Assembly: GCA_030429765.1 (NCBI GenBank) | Contig: JAUIER010000003.1 | Coordinates: 80,402-144,401, forward strand | Direction of reading: 5' to 3' | DNA: 64,000 bases | DNA from: a bacterium | GTDB taxonomy: Bacteria > Omnitrophota > Gorgyraeia > Zapsychrales > Zapsychraceae | Made by a program: the position numbers and the translations under genes | Shown here: positions 40,784 to 51,243 of the stretch, one piece after another | Numbering within the stretch: position 1 is the stretch's first letter | Layout: each line of letters begins with the position of its first letter | Notes under the pieces: model-generated | What the model was told of the DNA's origin: nothing | Databases searched by the model: none | The model's input: only the letters and a program-made list of their open reading frames with translations

Positions 40784-42061
40784 ATGAAGAAATTATTTGT
40801 GTTGGGTAACTCTATTGCAGCCGTCAAGGCGGTGGAATTGATACAATCAAACAGCAATGACTACGCGGTCACGTTGTTGCCGGTCGACGATCATCTGCCT
40901 TTAGACCGCCAATTATTTCCGGACCAGATTGCCAATCAGACGCGCGTGACAGATTTGCTCTATCGTCCTGCCGCGTACTATAAAGAAAAAAATATCAAGA
41001 TCCTCGCCGACAAGAAAGTCACACGGGTGAACGTCACCCGTAATCGTGTCCACTTTGAAGACCGCTCGCAAACAGATTTTGACGCGCTGATCATTGCCGA
41101 TACACCTGAACATCGGTCGAGTGACATAAAGGGCGCGCAGAAGACCGGGGTCTTCGGGTTTAAAAAGATTAAGGACATCGAACAGATCTCGACCCTGGCG
41201 GCAATCAGTGAGACTGTGATTATCCAGTCCGATCAGTGGTGGGGGCTGGGTCTGGCGTTGCGCTTGGCGCGTAAAGGCAAAGAGATTATTCTATGCATGT
41301 CGTCGAGAACAGCCTTGCTTCACGGCTGGGATGAGGACGCCTCCGGTGCCGTGGTGAAGTTGCTGGAAGAGCAAGGAGTCAAACTGTTGATCGATAATCC
41401 CGTCACCGAGTTTCTGGGTGACGCTGAGCTCAAGGCTGTCCGCGTGTCGACGGGAAAAGTTTACGCCACCGGCATGGCGATTGTGGATGATACACGGCTT
41501 GATACGCGGGTCTTTAATGACGCGCTGGAGATCCTGGAAGATCAGTGTATCGTGAATGAGTTTTTTCAAAGCAACATCGAGCATGTGTTTGTCGTGGATC
41601 ATGCCGCGCAGCGCAGTTACGAAAATTGGGAGAGTTACGGGCCGTCGGCGGCGACGCTGGAGCGGCAAGGTGAAATCGTTGCGTCCCGGATCCTGGGTCA
41701 GGACATTGAGCCGACTCATGTCACGCCGCGTTATACGATCGAACAAGATCAGTTTAAGTTTATGAGTGCCGGTCAAACCCGGGAGAGCCGGGGGGTCGAG
41801 GTTATCAAGAAATTCGATGTACCGACCGGTATGATGGTTAAGTTGTATGAAAAGCAGGGGCGTGTCATTGGTCTGAGCGTGTTGAATTTTGATGTCGCGC
41901 TGTCCGAGGCCATTGGATGGATCGAGCAATCAGCCGAAATAGGCGCCGTGGCCGGGCAAGTGCTGGCCGCCTTTGATGAGCAGCGCGACCATCGTTTGCG
42001 GATGATCGAGACGGCCGAAACCGAAGCCGCCGAAACCGCTGTCAGCGACGCACAGACTTAG
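40784..42061 (+). CDS. Pyridine-nucleotide-disulfide-oxidoreductase-like protein with degenerate dinucleotide-binding motifs
   Basis: 425 aa. The overall layout resembles two-dinucleotide-binding-domain flavoproteins. The first site reads LGNSIAA instead of GxGxxG/A, and the second reads IIQSDQWWGLGLA. Confidence 0.5.
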   Translation: MKKLFVLGNSIAAVKAVELIQSNSNDYAVTLLPVDDHLPLDRQLFPDQIANQTRVTDLLYRPAAYYKEKNIKILADKKVTRVNVTRNRVHFEDRSQTDFDALIIADTPEHRSSDIKGAQKTGVFGFKKIKDIEQISTLAAISETVIIQSDQWWGLGLALRLARKGKEIILCMSSRTALLHGWDEDASGAVVKLLEEQGVKLLIDNPVTEFLGDAELKAVRVSTGKVYATGMAIVDDTRLDTRVFNDALEILEDQCIVNEFFQSNIEHVFVVDHAAQRSYENWESYGPSAATLERQGEIVASRILGQDIEPTHVTPRYTIEQDQFKFMSAGQTRESRGVEVIKKFDVPTGMMVKLYEKQGRVIGLSVLNFDVALSEAIGWIEQSAEIGAVAGQVLAAFDEQRDHRLRMIETAETEAAETAVSDAQT

Positions 42062-42118
42062 GATGTCCGACGACTTGAGAAACCCTATTTTTACTTGTCA
42101 AACCGGATTTTATAAGTT

Positions 42119-42964
42119 ATGCTTAAGACTAAGAACAACGTAAATAACGCCGCAATTAAATTATTTACTCTTCTGTTTGTCATTTCCATTATTACCTTTC
42201 ATTCGGATTCATTAGCCGGTTCCAAAAAGAAATTGTACCAGGAGTACCGTAATGCCGGCTATGCAGAGCAGAAAAAAGGTAATTACATAGATGCTTTAAC
42301 GTATTTTTCCAAAGCTGTTTCGCTGTATGAGGATGACCCGAAAGTGCTCAATGACATGGGCGTCATTTATGAGCAGATCGGGATGCTGAGCAAGGCCGAA
42401 CTTCACTATTCCAAGGCCATCAACAAGGATCCCAATTATCTGCCGTCTTACAGCAACCTGGCTTTGATGTATCTGAACAATGGATATCCGGACAAGGCAT
42501 TTCCATACTTTAAAAAACGATTTCTTCTAGCCAAGCCCGGCGACGCATGGGGTGAAAAGGCCAAAGAAGAATTGCTGAAAATCAGGCCCGAGTTTCATTC
42601 CTGGGTTGTACAGCTTGAAGCGGAACGTTTGAACGAACTGATAGTTAAGCGAAATCGGGACAAATTTATTGAGACGGTAAAGCGCGCGAATGAACATTAC
42701 GAAAAGGGAGTCAAGCACGCCCGGCGTCAGAAGCTCCGCATTGCTTTGAATGAATTCGATCAGGCATTGAAGTTAACTCCGGACAATCCGAAGATAGTCA
42801 ATGCCCGTAAGGAAATCATCAAGCAAATGACTAATGAACAGATCAAACAGCGGACAGACACGGCCATCAGACAGCTCAACGCGGGGGATACGCGGGCGGC
42901 CAGGCGTGAACTTCAAAAAATGCTTTCCAATTTTCCTGACGATTCGTTACTGAATTCAAAGTAA
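42119..42964 (+). CDS. TPR-repeat protein with an N-terminal signal/anchor
   Basis: 281 aa. A hydrophobic N-terminus (LFTLLFVISIITF) is followed by several TPR-like units (YIDALTYFSKAVSLYEDDPKVLNDMGVIYEQIG, AELHYSKAINKDPNY...). Confidence 0.7.
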   Translation: MLKTKNNVNNAAIKLFTLLFVISIITFHSDSLAGSKKKLYQEYRNAGYAEQKKGNYIDALTYFSKAVSLYEDDPKVLNDMGVIYEQIGMLSKAELHYSKAINKDPNYLPSYSNLALMYLNNGYPDKAFPYFKKRFLLAKPGDAWGEKAKEELLKIRPEFHSWVVQLEAERLNELIVKRNRDKFIETVKRANEHYEKGVKHARRQKLRIALNEFDQALKLTPDNPKIVNARKEIIKQMTNEQIKQRTDTAIRQLNAGDTRAARRELQKMLSNFPDDSLLNSK

Positions 42965-43036
42965 AAAAGTCTTATGAGATTTCCGTCATAGCGGCGCAGG
43001 AATTCATCAATTCAAAAAATTTATCAAAGCAGATTA

Positions 43037-45592
43037 ATGGACAAATTGTTTCTCATCGACGGGCATGCATTGTGTTATCGGTCCTTCTACGCGATCCGTG
43101 AGCTCATTGCCAGTAACGGACAGGCCACAAACGCCGTATTCGGATTTGTGAACACCATGCGAAAGATATTTCGCGAATTTGATCCCAAATATATGGCCGT
43201 CTGTTTTGATTCCAAGGAAAAGACATTCCGCGCCGAGAAGTTTGCTGATTACAAGATCCAGCGTCCGAAAATGCCCGAACAGTTGATCAGTCAGATCCCG
43301 ATCATCAAAGAAGTTATTCAGGCGTACAACATACCGATTTTTGAAGTGCCCGGATATGAGGCTGACGATATTATCGCGACGCTCAATCGAAAGGCCAATG
43401 ATCAGAAGATTGATGTCACGATCGTGACCGAAGACAAGGATATGTTTCAATTAAGCGGCGCCAAGACGAGCTTTTTCAGCGCGCGTAAAGACGCCGTGCT
43501 GGAATATAAGGATGTCGAAACGAAATTGGGATTTGAACCGATACGGATTATTGATTTTATCGCGTTGGCCGGAGACAAGGCTGACAACATTCCCGGTGTC
43601 GCCGGTGTCGGCGAAGTGACGGCCAGAAAACTGATCGACGCCTATGGCGATCTCGAGGGAATTTATGCGAATGTCGAACAGATTGACAAGGTTAAGGTAA
43701 AGGAAAAATTAATGGCGCAAAAGGATATCGCGTTTTTGAGCAAGGAACTGGCTATTCTGGATATGGATGTTCCGGTGGAGCTTGACCTGGAGTCGCTGAA
43801 GGTCAGCGATCCCGACGGAGATAAGCTTTATGATCTGTTCAAGGAACTCGAGTTTAAACGCTTTGCTGAAGAGTATGCCGATGGTCAGGCCGAGGAGCAT
43901 GTCATCACGCTCAAAACGGTTACTGACCGCAAAGGACTGAAAGATGTGACCCAGGCGATCCGAAAAGCCGGACGATTGGCCTATCTCGTGAGCCGGTCGG
44001 AGGACACCTTGTTCGAGGAATTCTATGTGGCCACGGGCGAGGCAACGGTATGGACGATGCCGGTGGACATGATCGATGGTCTCAAAGAACTCTTCGCCGA
44101 CCCGTCATTGGTCAAGATCACCCACAACTGTAAAGAGATGTTCAAATTTCTCGACCGTCACGCGATCACGACGGAGGGAGAGACATTTGATGTGTTGCTT
44201 GCCGGTTATCTGCTCACGCCTAACACCAACTCATACGATCCCAAGGAACTGGCCTGGAATTTTTTCAAGATCTCGTTAAACGATGAGAATTTACGCGCCA
44301 AAGAAACGGATATCGTTTTCAAACTATACGACAAACTTCAACGACAGCTCGAAGAAAAAAAGCTCAAGGATTTGTATGAAAAGATCGAACGTCCGCTGTC
44401 GTACGTGCTTTACAAAATGGAAACACAGGGCGTATGTTTGGATGAGGCCTTCCTGAAACAGATGAGCCGCGATTGTCAGGCCAAAATCGAAGAAATATCC
44501 AAACGTCTGTACGAGATGGCCGGTGAGGAGTTTAATCTGAATTCACCCAAACAATTAGGCAAGATCTTATTTGAGCGGCTGGAATTACCGGTGCAGAAGA
44601 AGACCAAGACCGGTTACTCAACGGATGAAGGCGTGCTGACCAAGTTGAGCGAAATGCATGAATTTCCGTCGATGATTCTCGAATACCGTCAGCTGGCCAA
44701 GCTTAAGTCAACATACATTGACGCGCTGCCCAAACTTGTCGATCCCAAAACGCACCGGATTCACGCGGAGTTCAATCAAATCGGCGCGGAGACCGGCCGG
44801 TTGAGCTCCCGTCATCCCAATCTTCAGAATATCCCGATTCGTACCGAGTTGGGGCGTCAGGTACGTAAGGCCATCATTCCATCAGCCAATATGACTATGC
44901 TCGCCGCTGACTATTCACAGATTGAGCTGCGTATTCTCGCGCATCTATCCAAAGATAAAGCCTTAACCGAGGCATTTAACAATGACGAGGACATTCACAA
45001 TTATACCGCGTCGCTGATATTTGATGTCGAACAGAAAGACGTGGATTATCACATGCGGGATACCGCGAAACGTGTGAATTTCGGGATTGTCTACGGCATG
45101 AGCGGATTTGGCCTGGCCAAAGATCTGGGGATTTCCCAGAAAGAGGCACAGGCCTTCATCGATCGTTATTTCGAGCGCTATCCGGGAGTGAAGACTTTTA
45201 TGGATGAGCAGATTGATTTTTGTCAGACCAATGGCTACGTCCTGACGCTGTTTGACCGACGACGTTACATTCCGGAGATCAACAGTAAGAACAACGGCAT
45301 CCGTCAGTTTGCCCAGCGCCAGGCGATCAACACGCCGGTGCAGGGTTCAGCGGCCGATCTGATGAAGATGGCCATGATCGATGTACAGTCGGAACTGGAA
45401 GCCAAGAAATACAAGTCACGTATGCTCATCACGGTTCACGATGAGCTGGTTTTTGAAGTCGATGCCAAGGAGAAATCAAAACTGCCGACGAGAGTCAAAC
45501 AGATTATGGAACAGACGGTTGATCTGAGTATTCCGATCAAAGTCGATGTCAAGGTGGGCAATAATTGGCTTGAAATGGAGCGCCTTAAATGA
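43037..45592 (+). CDS. polA: DNA polymerase I
   Basis: 851 aa. The N-terminus is a 5'-nuclease domain (LFLIDGHALCYRSFYA). Family A polymerase motifs are DYSQIELR, AKRVNFGIVYG and TVHDELVFE. The central 3'-5' exonuclease-like region lacks the acidic Exo I-III residues. Confidence 0.95.
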   Translation: MDKLFLIDGHALCYRSFYAIRELIASNGQATNAVFGFVNTMRKIFREFDPKYMAVCFDSKEKTFRAEKFADYKIQRPKMPEQLISQIPIIKEVIQAYNIPIFEVPGYEADDIIATLNRKANDQKIDVTIVTEDKDMFQLSGAKTSFFSARKDAVLEYKDVETKLGFEPIRIIDFIALAGDKADNIPGVAGVGEVTARKLIDAYGDLEGIYANVEQIDKVKVKEKLMAQKDIAFLSKELAILDMDVPVELDLESLKVSDPDGDKLYDLFKELEFKRFAEEYADGQAEEHVITLKTVTDRKGLKDVTQAIRKAGRLAYLVSRSEDTLFEEFYVATGEATVWTMPVDMIDGLKELFADPSLVKITHNCKEMFKFLDRHAITTEGETFDVLLAGYLLTPNTNSYDPKELAWNFFKISLNDENLRAKETDIVFKLYDKLQRQLEEKKLKDLYEKIERPLSYVLYKMETQGVCLDEAFLKQMSRDCQAKIEEISKRLYEMAGEEFNLNSPKQLGKILFERLELPVQKKTKTGYSTDEGVLTKLSEMHEFPSMILEYRQLAKLKSTYIDALPKLVDPKTHRIHAEFNQIGAETGRLSSRHPNLQNIPIRTELGRQVRKAIIPSANMTMLAADYSQIELRILAHLSKDKALTEAFNNDEDIHNYTASLIFDVEQKDVDYHMRDTAKRVNFGIVYGMSGFGLAKDLGISQKEAQAFIDRYFERYPGVKTFMDEQIDFCQTNGYVLTLFDRRRYIPEINSKNNGIRQFAQRQAINTPVQGSAADLMKMAMIDVQSELEAKKYKSRMLITVHDELVFEVDAKEKSKLPTRVKQIMEQTVDLSIPIKVDVKVGNNWLEMERLK

Positions 45593-46998
45593 TGAAGGTG
45601 TTGTTTTGTGCGTCAGAGGTTTTTCCATTTGCCAAGACGGGCGGACTGGCCGACGTTAGCGGATCCTTGCCGCCTGAGCTGGCCAAGCAGGATGTACAGA
45701 TCAAGGTGGTGATGCCGCGATATCGCACGGTTAGCGACGAGGAGTTTGAGATCGAGGAAATCAACAATCAGTTCTCCCGTGCGAAGTTGTCGGATAACGT
45801 CACGATCTACTTTGTTGAGCAGCCGGAGTATTTTGACCGGGACGGATTGTACGGCGACGAACAGGGCGATTACACGGATAATCTCGCCCGTTATCGATTT
45901 TTTTGTCAGCGCGTCTTCAAGTTGATGAAGACATTGGATTGGCAGGCCGATATCATCCATTGCCATGACTGGCATACGGCGCTGATCCCGGTCCTGCTGA
46001 AAAACAAGTATCATGACGATCCGTTTTTTCAGGGTGTGCGGACGGTATTGACCGTCCATAACCTGGCGTTTCAGGGATTGTTTGCGCTGGAAGAATATCC
46101 GCAGCTGGATCTGCCGGATACGTTGTTGTCGGACGAGGGATTTTTGTTTTATGAAAAGGTCAACCTGTTGAAGGCGGGGATTTTGTCGGCGGATGCCATC
46201 ACAACGGTATCACCGCAGTATGCCCGAGAGATTCAAACCCCGCAACACGGATGCGGTCTGGAGAAAGAGCTGGAGCGACGAGGTGTGACAGGCATTCTCA
46301 ACGGATTAGATTACACTTACTGGAATCCCGAGGCGGATCCGTATCTGATCAAGTCATACAACACTCAAACGCGGTTGGAAGGAAAGCTTGAAAACAAGAT
46401 CGGATTGATGAAGAGTGTCGGGCTGAAGATGGATATCGATCGGCCGCTATACGGTTTCGTCGGTCGTATCTCGCATCAGAAAGGGATGGAGTTGATTATC
46501 GAGGCGATCAAAACGTTGAAGAGCGATGATCTGGCTATGGTGATACAAGGGCAGGGAGATCCGGACTACCAGGAACAGCTTCAGATTTTGTCGGACGATG
46601 CCAATCAGAATCTGTCGGTGATCTTCGACTACGATGAGCGGCTGGCCCATATGATTTACGCGGGAAGTGATTGGTTTATGATGCCGTCGCAATTTGAACC
46701 ATGCGGGCTGACGCAGATGATCAGCATGCGTTACGGCACGCCGCCGATTGTGTTTCGAACCGGCGGGCTCGCCGATACCGTGGAGCCGTTTAGTGCAGAC
46801 ACCCATCGCGGCAACGGGTTGATGTACGCGGAGAATTCGGCTGAGGCATTGGTGGAAGAGATCCGCCGGGCGGCCAAGATTTTCGGGAACAAAAAAGATT
46901 ATTATCAAGTCGCGGCCAACGCGATGGAAACACGGTTTCCATGGACCGAGTCGGCCGCGCAGTACAAACAGCTTTACGAATGCTTATTATCGGATTAA
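45589..46998 (+). CDS. glgA: Glycogen synthase (ADP-glucose type)
   Basis: 469 aa. Motifs: FPFAKTGGLADV, HCHDWHTAL, PSQFEPCGLTQM. Confidence 0.9.
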   Translation: MMKVLFCASEVFPFAKTGGLADVSGSLPPELAKQDVQIKVVMPRYRTVSDEEFEIEEINNQFSRAKLSDNVTIYFVEQPEYFDRDGLYGDEQGDYTDNLARYRFFCQRVFKLMKTLDWQADIIHCHDWHTALIPVLLKNKYHDDPFFQGVRTVLTVHNLAFQGLFALEEYPQLDLPDTLLSDEGFLFYEKVNLLKAGILSADAITTVSPQYAREIQTPQHGCGLEKELERRGVTGILNGLDYTYWNPEADPYLIKSYNTQTRLEGKLENKIGLMKSVGLKMDIDRPLYGFVGRISHQKGMELIIEAIKTLKSDDLAMVIQGQGDPDYQEQLQILSDDANQNLSVIFDYDERLAHMIYAGSDWFMMPSQFEPCGLTQMISMRYGTPPIVFRTGGLADTVEPFSADTHRGNGLMYAENSAEALVEEIRRAAKIFGNKKDYYQVAANAMETRFPWTESAAQYKQLYECLLSD

Positions 46999-47588
46999 CC
47001 GGCGGCCTCAAGACGGGTAAGACCACCGTGGCCAAAATGTTTCGTCGGCTCGGCGCTCATGTGATTGACGCCGACGCGATCGTGCATGAAAGTTTATCCG
47101 TGAACGGGGCATGCGTCAAAGCCGTCAAAGCTCAATTCGGGGAACGGGTCTTAACGAGGGGAGGCTCAGTTAACCGCAAGGCCCTGGCCGAGATCGTCTT
47201 TCAGGATGACTCACGCCTGCGCGACCTTGAAAAAATTATCCATCCTCATGTGCGTCGCGTGATGCGCGCGCAAATATCCGAATACAAACGGACGGATCCC
47301 GACGGGGTGATTGTTTTAGATGTTCCGCTCTTGTTTGAGTCGGGGCTCGACAAACTGGCTGACATCACCGTCACCGTTAAGGCCACAAGGGCCCTGCAGG
47401 TCGAACGGGCCATGCGGGACTTGGGGATCAGTCAGGCACAAGCATTAAAACGAATCCGGCAGCAGATGCCGATGACAGAAAAAGTCAGACGATCTGACGT
47501 CGTGATTGACAATAGATCTAGTAAATCAGAAACTCAAAAAAAGGTAAAACAAATATGGCAAAAACACCTACCAAATCCAAAGCAGTAA
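46980..47588 (+). CDS. coaE: Dephospho-CoA kinase
   Basis: Track ORF 46941 was trimmed to ATG 46980. P-loop [13 protein letters not shown] and the motif DADAIVHE. Confidence 0.9.
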   Translation: MLIIGLTGGLKTGKTTVAKMFRRLGAHVIDADAIVHESLSVNGACVKAVKAQFGERVLTRGGSVNRKALAEIVFQDDSRLRDLEKIIHPHVRRVMRAQISEYKRTDPDGVIVLDVPLLFESGLDKLADITVTVKATRALQVERAMRDLGISQAQALKRIRQQMPMTEKVRRSDVVIDNRSSKSETQKKVKQIWQKHLPNPKQ

Positions 47589-48949
47589 AATCCAAGTCAA
47601 AAGAGACATCGAAAACCACCGCGGCCAAAAGCAAAAGCTCGGCGGAGAAAAAGGCGGATAAGCCCAAAGAGGCCAACGGCGCCAACGGGACGGATTCGAT
47701 TGATATCACCAGTTTGAAAGAAATGAAGATGACCGAGCTGAACAATTACGCCAAAGATCTGGGGATCACCGGAGTCAGCGGTCTTAAGAAGCAGGACTTG
47801 ATCTTCAAGGTCCTGCAGGCGCAGGCGGAACGTGAAGGTCAGATGTTCGGCGGCGGCACGCTTGAAATTCTATCAGAAGGATTTGGTTTTCTACGCAGTT
47901 CCAATTACAACTACTTACCGTGTCCGGATGACATTTATATCTCTCCGTCGCAGATCCGTCGTTTTGATCTGAAAACCGGCGACAGTGTCAGCGGACACAT
48001 CCGGCCGCCCAAAGAGGGTGAGAAGTATTTCGCGTTGCTTAAAGTGGAAGCCGTGAACTTTGAAAACCCGGAAAAATGCAAAGACAAAATATTTTTTGAC
48101 AACTTAACGCCGCTATATCCGAAAGATCGCATCCTGCTTGAAACCGAGCAGAAAGAATTGTCGACGAGGATTATGGACATGCTGACACCGTTGGGTAAAG
48201 GTCAGCGGGCGCTGATCGTGGCTCCGCCTTTCAGTGGTAAGACGGTTCTCCTGCAGAAAGTGGCCAACTCCATCATGCAGAATCAGCCGGATGTCATCCT
48301 GATGGTGCTGTTAATCGATGAGCGTCCCGAAGAGGTGACGGATATGCAGCGTAACGTCAAGGGCGAGGTCATCGCTTCAACATTTGATGAGCCGGCCGAA
48401 CGTCACGTACAGGTGGCGGAGATGGTCCTGGAAAAAGCCAAGCGTTTGGTGGAGCATCAACGTGATGTCATTATTCTCTTGGACAGTATCACCCGATTAG
48501 CGCGCGCCTATAATACGGTTGTGCCACATAGTGGAAAGATTCTCTCCGGTGGGGTTGACTCCAACGCGCTTCACAAGCCAAAGCGATTCTTTGGGGCCGC
48601 CCGGGCGGTTGAAGAAGGCGGCAGTCTGACCGTTATCGCGACGGCCCTGGTTGAAACAGGCAGCCGTATGGATGAAGTCATCTTCGAGGAATTCAAGGGG
48701 ACGGGTAACATGGAGCTGCAGCTTGACCGGAATCTGTTCCAGCGCCGTATCTATCCGGCGATCGATATCAAGCGTTCCAACACGCGTCATGAAGAGTATC
48801 TGATCCCGGATGACGATCTGCAGCGCATCTGGCTGCTGCGCAAGGCCATCAATGATCTCAATTCAGCCGAGGCGATGGAGCTGTTGATCGACCGTATCGG
48901 AAAGTACAAATCAAACAGGGAATTTCTGGATAATCTGAATAATATGTAG
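47555..48949 (+). CDS. rho: Transcription termination factor Rho with a Lys-rich N-terminal extension
   Basis: 464 aa. Motifs: [14 protein letters not shown], Walker [31 protein letters not shown]. The first ~45 aa are rich in K, S, T and A. Confidence 0.95.
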   Translation: MAKTPTKSKAVKSKSKETSKTTAAKSKSSAEKKADKPKEANGANGTDSIDITSLKEMKMTELNNYAKDLGITGVSGLKKQDLIFKVLQAQAEREGQMFGGGTLEILSEGFGFLRSSNYNYLPCPDDIYISPSQIRRFDLKTGDSVSGHIRPPKEGEKYFALLKVEAVNFENPEKCKDKIFFDNLTPLYPKDRILLETEQKELSTRIMDMLTPLGKGQRALIVAPPFSGKTVLLQKVANSIMQNQPDVILMVLLIDERPEEVTDMQRNVKGEVIASTFDEPAERHVQVAEMVLEKAKRLVEHQRDVIILLDSITRLARAYNTVVPHSGKILSGGVDSNALHKPKRFFGAARAVEEGGSLTVIATALVETGSRMDEVIFEEFKGTGNMELQLDRNLFQRRIYPAIDIKRSNTRHEEYLIPDDDLQRIWLLRKAINDLNSAEAMELLIDRIGKYKSNREFLDNLNNM

Positions 48950-49010
48950 TCGAGATTCATAAGGCATTCGATACCAGTCATTTACGCTTTAAATTGCTGT
49001 TTGTAATAAA

Positions 49011-49038
49011 TTGTACTATTTGAGATTTGTGCTATAAT
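49011..49038 (+). promoter_or_regulatory. Sigma70-like promoter candidate upstream of rpmE
   Basis: TTGTAC (49011-49016), a 16-nt spacer, then the consensus TATAAT (49033-49038). Confidence 0.35.
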
Positions 49039-49096
49039 TGACAGTCTTAACGACAGGAGTTTAACTAAGGTGTATTCATAACCGAGGAGTAATTTG

Positions 49097-49297
49097 ATGA
49101 AAGCTGACATTCATCCTGAATATGTTGAAACGACGATTAATTGTGTTTGCGGGGCCTCGATTAAAACACGTTCCACGGTACAAAATATCCGTGTAGAGAT
49201 TTGTTCGAAGTGTCATCCATTTTTCACTGGTGAGAAGAAATTCGTTGATACCACCGGTCGAATCGAACGCTTTAAGAATCGTTACAAGAAAAATTAA
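49097..49297 (+). CDS. rpmE: 50S ribosomal protein L31
   Basis: The track start 49094 is a TTG. ATG 49097 lies 6 nt after GAGGAG. Motifs: MKADIHPEY, Cys pairs CVCG and [10 protein letters not shown]. Confidence 0.9.
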   Translation: MKADIHPEYVETTINCVCGASIKTRSTVQNIRVEICSKCHPFFTGEKKFVDTTGRIERFKNRYKKN

Positions 49298-49309
49298 GAA
49301 TTTCCTTAT

Positions 49310-49329
49310 GGGCCGCATTATTGCGGCCC
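49310..49329 (+). terminator. Stem-loop after rpmE (terminator-like)
   Basis: GGGCCGCA-TTAT-TGCGGCCC is a perfect 8-bp GC-rich stem 13 nt after the stop. No clear U-tract follows (AAAGTGTG). Confidence 0.4.
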
Positions 49330-49345
49330 AAAGTGTGTATAGACC

Positions 49346-50410
49346 ATGAAGCTAGAGAAATACGAGAAACTACAGGAGCGTTTTAAAGAGCTTGAGGGTC
49401 TGCTTGCCGATCAGAATATCATCTCCGATCAAAGTCAATATCAAAAGCTAGCCAAAGAATATTCCGACATCACGCCGGTGGTCAACCTGTTCGGCGAGTA
49501 TCAGGATGTCGTGCATCAAATTGATGATTTGAAGAAGCTGCTGTCTGAAAAGCCCGACAAGGAATTTGTCGAGTTGGCCGAGGCCGAGCTGTCTGAGCTT
49601 AACGAGAAGGTCGGTCAGCTGGAAGAGGAGCTGGACGATCTCACCAATCCCAAAAAGCAGGGGCAGAATCGCAATCTGATCTTCGAGATCCGGGCGGGGA
49701 CCGGCGGTGAGGAGGCAAGCCTGTTTGCCTCGGATCTGTTCCGGATGTACTCCAAATATTGCGACAAGAAAGGCTGGGTCCTCGAACCGATCAACTCCAA
49801 TCCGTCTGAAACCGGCGGGTTCAAGGAAATTATTTTCAGTATCAGTGGCGACGGCGCGGAAAAACATTTAAAATGGGAAAGTGGCGCGCACCGGGTTCAG
49901 CGTGTTCCCGCCACCGAGGCGTCCGGGCGGATCCACACTTCTGCCGCGACGGTCGCGGTGCTGTTTGAGGCCGAAGACGTTGAGCTTGAGATCGATCCCA
50001 ATGATTTGAAAATAGATATCTTTCGTTCGTCGGGCCCGGGCGGTCAGAGTGTGAATACCACTGATTCGGCGGTTCGCATCACTCATTTACCGACGAATAC
50101 GGTTGTCATCTGTCAGGACGAACGCTCACAGCTAAAAAACAAATATAAGGCGATGCGGGTTTTGAAGGCGCGGATCCTCGACAAGATGAAACGGGACAGC
50201 ATGGAGCAGGAATCGGCCGACCGCAAGCTCAAGGTCGGCAGCGGCGACCGCAGCGAGAAGATCCGCACATATAATTTTCCGGACCGGCGCGTCACCGATC
50301 ATCGCATCGGGTTTACGTCCCACAAACTGCAGTATATCCTGGACGGTGATATGGACGAATTAACCGAGGCCCTGATTCAGGCCGAGCATGAGGACAATCT
50401 CAATGAATGA
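49346..50410 (+). CDS. prfA: Peptide chain release factor 1
   Basis: 354 aa. GGQ loop SGPGGQSVN and the RF1-type PAT tripeptide (QRVPATE). Confidence 0.95.
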   Translation: MKLEKYEKLQERFKELEGLLADQNIISDQSQYQKLAKEYSDITPVVNLFGEYQDVVHQIDDLKKLLSEKPDKEFVELAEAELSELNEKVGQLEEELDDLTNPKKQGQNRNLIFEIRAGTGGEEASLFASDLFRMYSKYCDKKGWVLEPINSNPSETGGFKEIIFSISGDGAEKHLKWESGAHRVQRVPATEASGRIHTSAATVAVLFEAEDVELEIDPNDLKIDIFRSSGPGGQSVNTTDSAVRITHLPTNTVVICQDERSQLKNKYKAMRVLKARILDKMKRDSMEQESADRKLKVGSGDRSEKIRTYNFPDRRVTDHRIGFTSHKLQYILDGDMDELTEALIQAEHEDNLNE

Positions 50411-51221
50411 ACGTGAACAAATGCTGACCTCCGTACTGAATTGCCGGCGCGTTGATCTGTATGTGGATCGCAAGGAATTGAACCCGGTCCAGCAGAAACA
50501 ATATCGTCAGATGCTCGACCGCCGCGCTCAAGGCGAACCGCTGCAGTACATCATCGGTCATTGTGAATTTCTGAACACCAAATTATTTGTCAACAAACAT
50601 GTGTTGATCCCGCGGCCGGAAACAGAATTACTCGTCGAGATGGCGGTTGAAAAGGCGCGGATGATGCCGAACCGACCGGTACGGATCCTGGATCTGGGGA
50701 CCGGGTCCGGTAATATCGCGATCGCGTTGGCCAAACGGGTGCATGATTGTCATGTTGTCTCAGTCGATATTTCCCGCGAGGCGATCATGGTGGCCACGGA
50801 GAATGCCCGCAAAAATTTTGTGGCGGACAAGACCACCTTTGTATGGTGCGATATGTTCCGCTTTTTATCTATCGACGAGGAATTGGGCCGCAAATTTGAT
50901 ATGATTATTTCCAACCCGCCGTACATCAAGGCGGGGGATATTGACAATCTGCCGAATGACGTTCAGCGTGAACCGCACATCGCGCTCAACGGCGGACAGG
51001 ACGGATTGATGTTTTACCGCGAGATTCTAAAACGCGCGCATCATTTTTTACGCGAGGAAGGGTGTATTTTATTTGAGATTGGTGAGGATCAGGCGCAGGA
51101 TATTACGCAAATATTTGAGCAGTACCCGTATTTCCGGAACACCTTTGTGTTCAGGGATTACGCGGACCGCGACCGCTTTATGTGTTCCCAGCTCTCGGCA
51201 TTGAGCGCTGTCGTCAACTAA
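50403..51221 (+). CDS. prmC: Release factor glutamine methyltransferase
   Basis: ATG 50403 (ATGAATGA overlap with the prfA stop) is preferred over the track start 50388. SAM motif LDLGTGSGNIAIAL and catalytic motif ISNPPYI. Confidence 0.85.
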   Translation: MNEREQMLTSVLNCRRVDLYVDRKELNPVQQKQYRQMLDRRAQGEPLQYIIGHCEFLNTKLFVNKHVLIPRPETELLVEMAVEKARMMPNRPVRILDLGTGSGNIAIALAKRVHDCHVVSVDISREAIMVATENARKNFVADKTTFVWCDMFRFLSIDEELGRKFDMIISNPPYIKAGDIDNLPNDVQREPHIALNGGQDGLMFYREILKRAHHFLREEGCILFEIGEDQAQDITQIFEQYPYFRNTFVFRDYADRDRFMCSQLSALSAVVN

Positions 51222-51243
51222 CCGTTACGATCACACATCATTC

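Noticed and set aside
49346-50410. Possible programmed +1 frameshift in the release-factor gene.
   Set aside because: The gene encodes RF1 (PAT tripeptide) as one uninterrupted ORF. The autoregulatory frameshift is a feature of prfB (RF2), which is not in this window.
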